NCBI GenBank assembly: GCA_965367815.1
Contig: CBDUKN010000018.1
Location: forward strand, 1-62,470
Origin: an uncultured Thermoprotei archaeon
Lineage (GTDB): Archaea > Thermoproteota > Thermoprotei > Thermofilales > B15-G2
Reading direction: 5' to 3'
Length of the DNA: 62,470 bases
The first letter of the stretch is position 1, and each line of letters opens with the position of its first letter. Of this stretch, positions 57,322 through 62,470 are shown piece by piece. The notes under the pieces are model-generated. The model worked only from the letters and a program-made list of their open reading frames with translations. It did not search any database and was not told the DNA's origin. The translations under genes and the position numbers were made by a program.

Positions 57322-58869
57322 ATGCCGATTCTAAGAAAGGCACCTTCGAAACTTCTCGAGGAGAATATAACACTTATTAGAACGCAGCTAGATGCCTTAG
57401 CTAAGGAGGTAGCTGTTCTGAGAGAGGCGTTCAGAGAGTTTGACAAGAGGACTACCTCGACGCTGGAGCAGTATAAGAGTGTTTTAAACGAGTATATTTC
57501 TGTAATAGAGACTCTTAGGAAGAGCTTAGAGGCTAGTGTAGGTAATGTGGGTGCTCAGGTTAAGGAGCAAGTCGATTTAGTTATTAGGTCTGCCGAGGAG
57601 CTGGCTAAGAGGGCTGAAGATCTTGTAGTTAAGTTTAACGAGGGTATGGATAAGGCGGCATCTGTTCTTGGAGAGAGGATTTCTGCGCTTGAGGAGAAGA
57701 TGAAAGAGATCGACGAGATGTCAAAGAATCTTCATGAGAAGACTTCTCTCCTAGAGGAGAAGTTGGCGGCAGTCGATGAAATGCAGCGCTATAATGCTAG
57801 GGCAGTAGAAGAGTTACAGGAAGTATTTAGCAGAGTAGACGACATTATTCGAAGCGCTGAAAATACTGTGAACACGGCGAAGAGTTCTCTAGAAGAGGCC
57901 TTAGGGAATATTGGGGGAGTAGTTGAGAAGTCTTTTAGTGAGGTACAGTCTCTTATAGCTAGTACACAGGAGCTGATAACAGATACTAGGAGTATTCTCA
58001 AGAAAGTGCCTTCTGATATTAGGGAAGCTCTAAGTGAGGCGCTTGCCTCTATTTTAAATGAAATAAATCAAAGAGAGGCTACATTAAAGGCTAGGGAAGA
58101 GGAGTTAGCTAAGAAAGAGGGGGAGTTAAGTGAGAAGGAAAAGAAGCTTAAGGAGTATGAGTACCAGCTGCTTAGCCTTAAGGAGAAGCTAGATGCTCTT
58201 AAAGAGAACTTGAGGCTTGAGAAAGAGAACTTAGATAGGCGTGCAAAGGAACTTGAAGAAAAAATGGCTCGTATAGACAAGATAGCTGAGAATCTTGGCA
58301 GAAGAGAGGAGGAGCTTAAAGCTAAATATGACGAGCTTTACAAGAAGCTTGAGCAGGTTAGTCTCAAGGAGAAAGAACTTGCTGAAAAAGAAATTAAGCT
58401 TAAGAAGTGGGAGGCTTACCTAGAAGGACTTCGCGACGAGATGAATAAGCTTGAGAAGGAAATAAAGGCTAAGGAAGAATATTTAAACAAGCTCAAGGCC
58501 AGCATTGATGAAGAAGAGAGAAAGCTTAGAGAAGAAATAGAGCCTTTAAGAGAGAAATTGCTCGAAGAAGAAAAAAGGCTTATTGAGTGGGAGAAAAGAC
58601 TTCTTGAGAAGGAAAGAGAGCTTACAGGGTACCATAGGGCTTTAGCGGCGAAAGAGTCTGCTTTAGCTGAGCTGAGGGAGAGATTGGAGGCTCGTAAGGC
58701 TGAGCTTGATTCTAGGGAGAGAAGTCTAGCTGAGAAGCTAAGGCTTATTGAGGAGCTTAAAGAAAAAGTTGCCCAGCTGGAGAGAGAAAACAGGGAGCTT
58801 AAGGAGAGGCTTAGAGAGAAGGAGAGCGAAGTGCAGAAGCTAAGAGCTATAGTAGAGTCTATACGTTAA
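57322..58869 (+). CDS. Long coiled-coil protein, hypothetical
   Basis: 515 aa of heptads, E/K/R-rich C-terminal half; no Walker motifs or TM. Confidence 0.85.
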   Translation: MPILRKAPSKLLEENITLIRTQLDALAKEVAVLREAFREFDKRTTSTLEQYKSVLNEYISVIETLRKSLEASVGNVGAQVKEQVDLVIRSAEELAKRAEDLVVKFNEGMDKAASVLGERISALEEKMKEIDEMSKNLHEKTSLLEEKLAAVDEMQRYNARAVEELQEVFSRVDDIIRSAENTVNTAKSSLEEALGNIGGVVEKSFSEVQSLIASTQELITDTRSILKKVPSDIREALSEALASILNEINQREATLKAREEELAKKEGELSEKEKKLKEYEYQLLSLKEKLDALKENLRLEKENLDRRAKELEEKMARIDKIAENLGRREEELKAKYDELYKKLEQVSLKEKELAEKEIKLKKWEAYLEGLRDEMNKLEKEIKAKEEYLNKLKASIDEEERKLREEIEPLREKLLEEEKRLIEWEKRLLEKERELTGYHRALAAKESALAELRERLEARKAELDSRERSLAEKLRLIEELKEKVAQLERENRELKERLREKESEVQKLRAIVESIR

Positions 58870-59189
58870 AATGAAAAAAAGCAGAAAACTATAACTAGCG
58901 CGAAGGAGAGAGCGGAGTATATTAGGAGCCCTAGAGCTATTATTTTTAGTGCTGTGTAGACTTTTCCCCCACTGAACGAGAATTCTTCTTCATCTCGAGC
59001 CATTTTATATGAAAGAACAGCGAGGCCTGTAGCCAACATACTCAAGGCGAAGGCTATTATGCCCGCGCCCGGGAAGTCTAGCTCGGTGTAGTGTTTAAAC
59101 CCTTTTGTCAGAATTAGTACTACTATATCTAACACTACTACGAGAGCTATAGGCACTAAAAGTAAGTAGTTAAATTCTTCAGACCTCAT
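58866..59189 (-). CDS. Small 3-TM membrane protein
   Basis: Three hydrophobic helices. Confidence 0.7.
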   Translation of the reverse strand: MRSEEFNYLLLVPIALVVVLDIVVLILTKGFKHYTELDFPGAGIIAFALSMLATGLAVLSYKMARDEEEFSFSGGKVYTALKIIALGLLIYSALSFALVIVFCFFSF

Positions 59190-59329
59190 TCATAGAACTA
59201 GTTGAAGGGAATTATTTAAGGTTTTTTTGCTCACTTTAGTTAAGAAGATTTCATGTTTTCACAAAATAAGGTTTTTGGACAATGTTGCTCCAAATCATCT
59301 TTTTGAGTAAAATTTAAATTTATTAATAA

Positions 59330-62404
<3,075 letters not shown>

Positions 62405-62470
62405 CTGTCTCTTATACACATCTCCGAGCCCACGAGACCTCTCTACATCTCGTATGCCGTCTTCTGCTTG
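62405..62470 (-). other. Illumina Nextera i7 adapter (artifact)
   Basis: Exact reverse complement of 3-68. Confidence 0.99.

Noticed and set aside
57322-58869. SMC/Rad50 call for the 515-aa protein
   Set aside because: No Walker A/B, signature, hinge or zinc hook

Overview
Assembled archaeal contig with untrimmed Illumina Nextera adapters at both ends (3-68 and 62405-62470). Intron-rich tRNAs, C/D-box sRNA candidates, a stand-alone 5S rRNA and scattered r-protein genes point to a thermophilic Thermoprotei, probably Thermofilales-like (inference). The left ~2.65 kb is the edge of an integrated element. It holds a short tyrosine integrase, an att site made of the 3' half of an intron-less tRNA-Met(CAT), and a two-gene cassette: an unannotated 56-aa basic ORF coupled to a propeptide-less proteasome-beta-like Ntn hydrolase. 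The rest is mostly housekeeping. It includes pyrF/E/C/H, ksgA, thiL, malic enzyme, ppsA, dph2, ppa, LUD/CCG proteins, topoisomerase IA, L6, L40e, CDC48 and a truncated Rad50. It also includes a large isoprenoid cluster (Aeropyrum-type modified mevalonate route, thiolase/HMGS/DUF35, GGPP synthase, IPK) linked to a biotin carboxylase/BCCP module. Four complete tRNAs are present and all carry introns; tRNA-Glu(CTC) has three, two of them in tandem with an apparently forced splicing order. Best novelty candidates: the mobile small-ORF/Ntn-hydrolase cassette, the tandem-intron tRNA-Glu, a membrane-protein/wHTH pair heading the HMGS operon, the carboxylase-IPK operon, a DPM2-like membrane protein and a pair of long coiled-coil proteins. 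All family calls come from motif recognition by eye; no database search was run.
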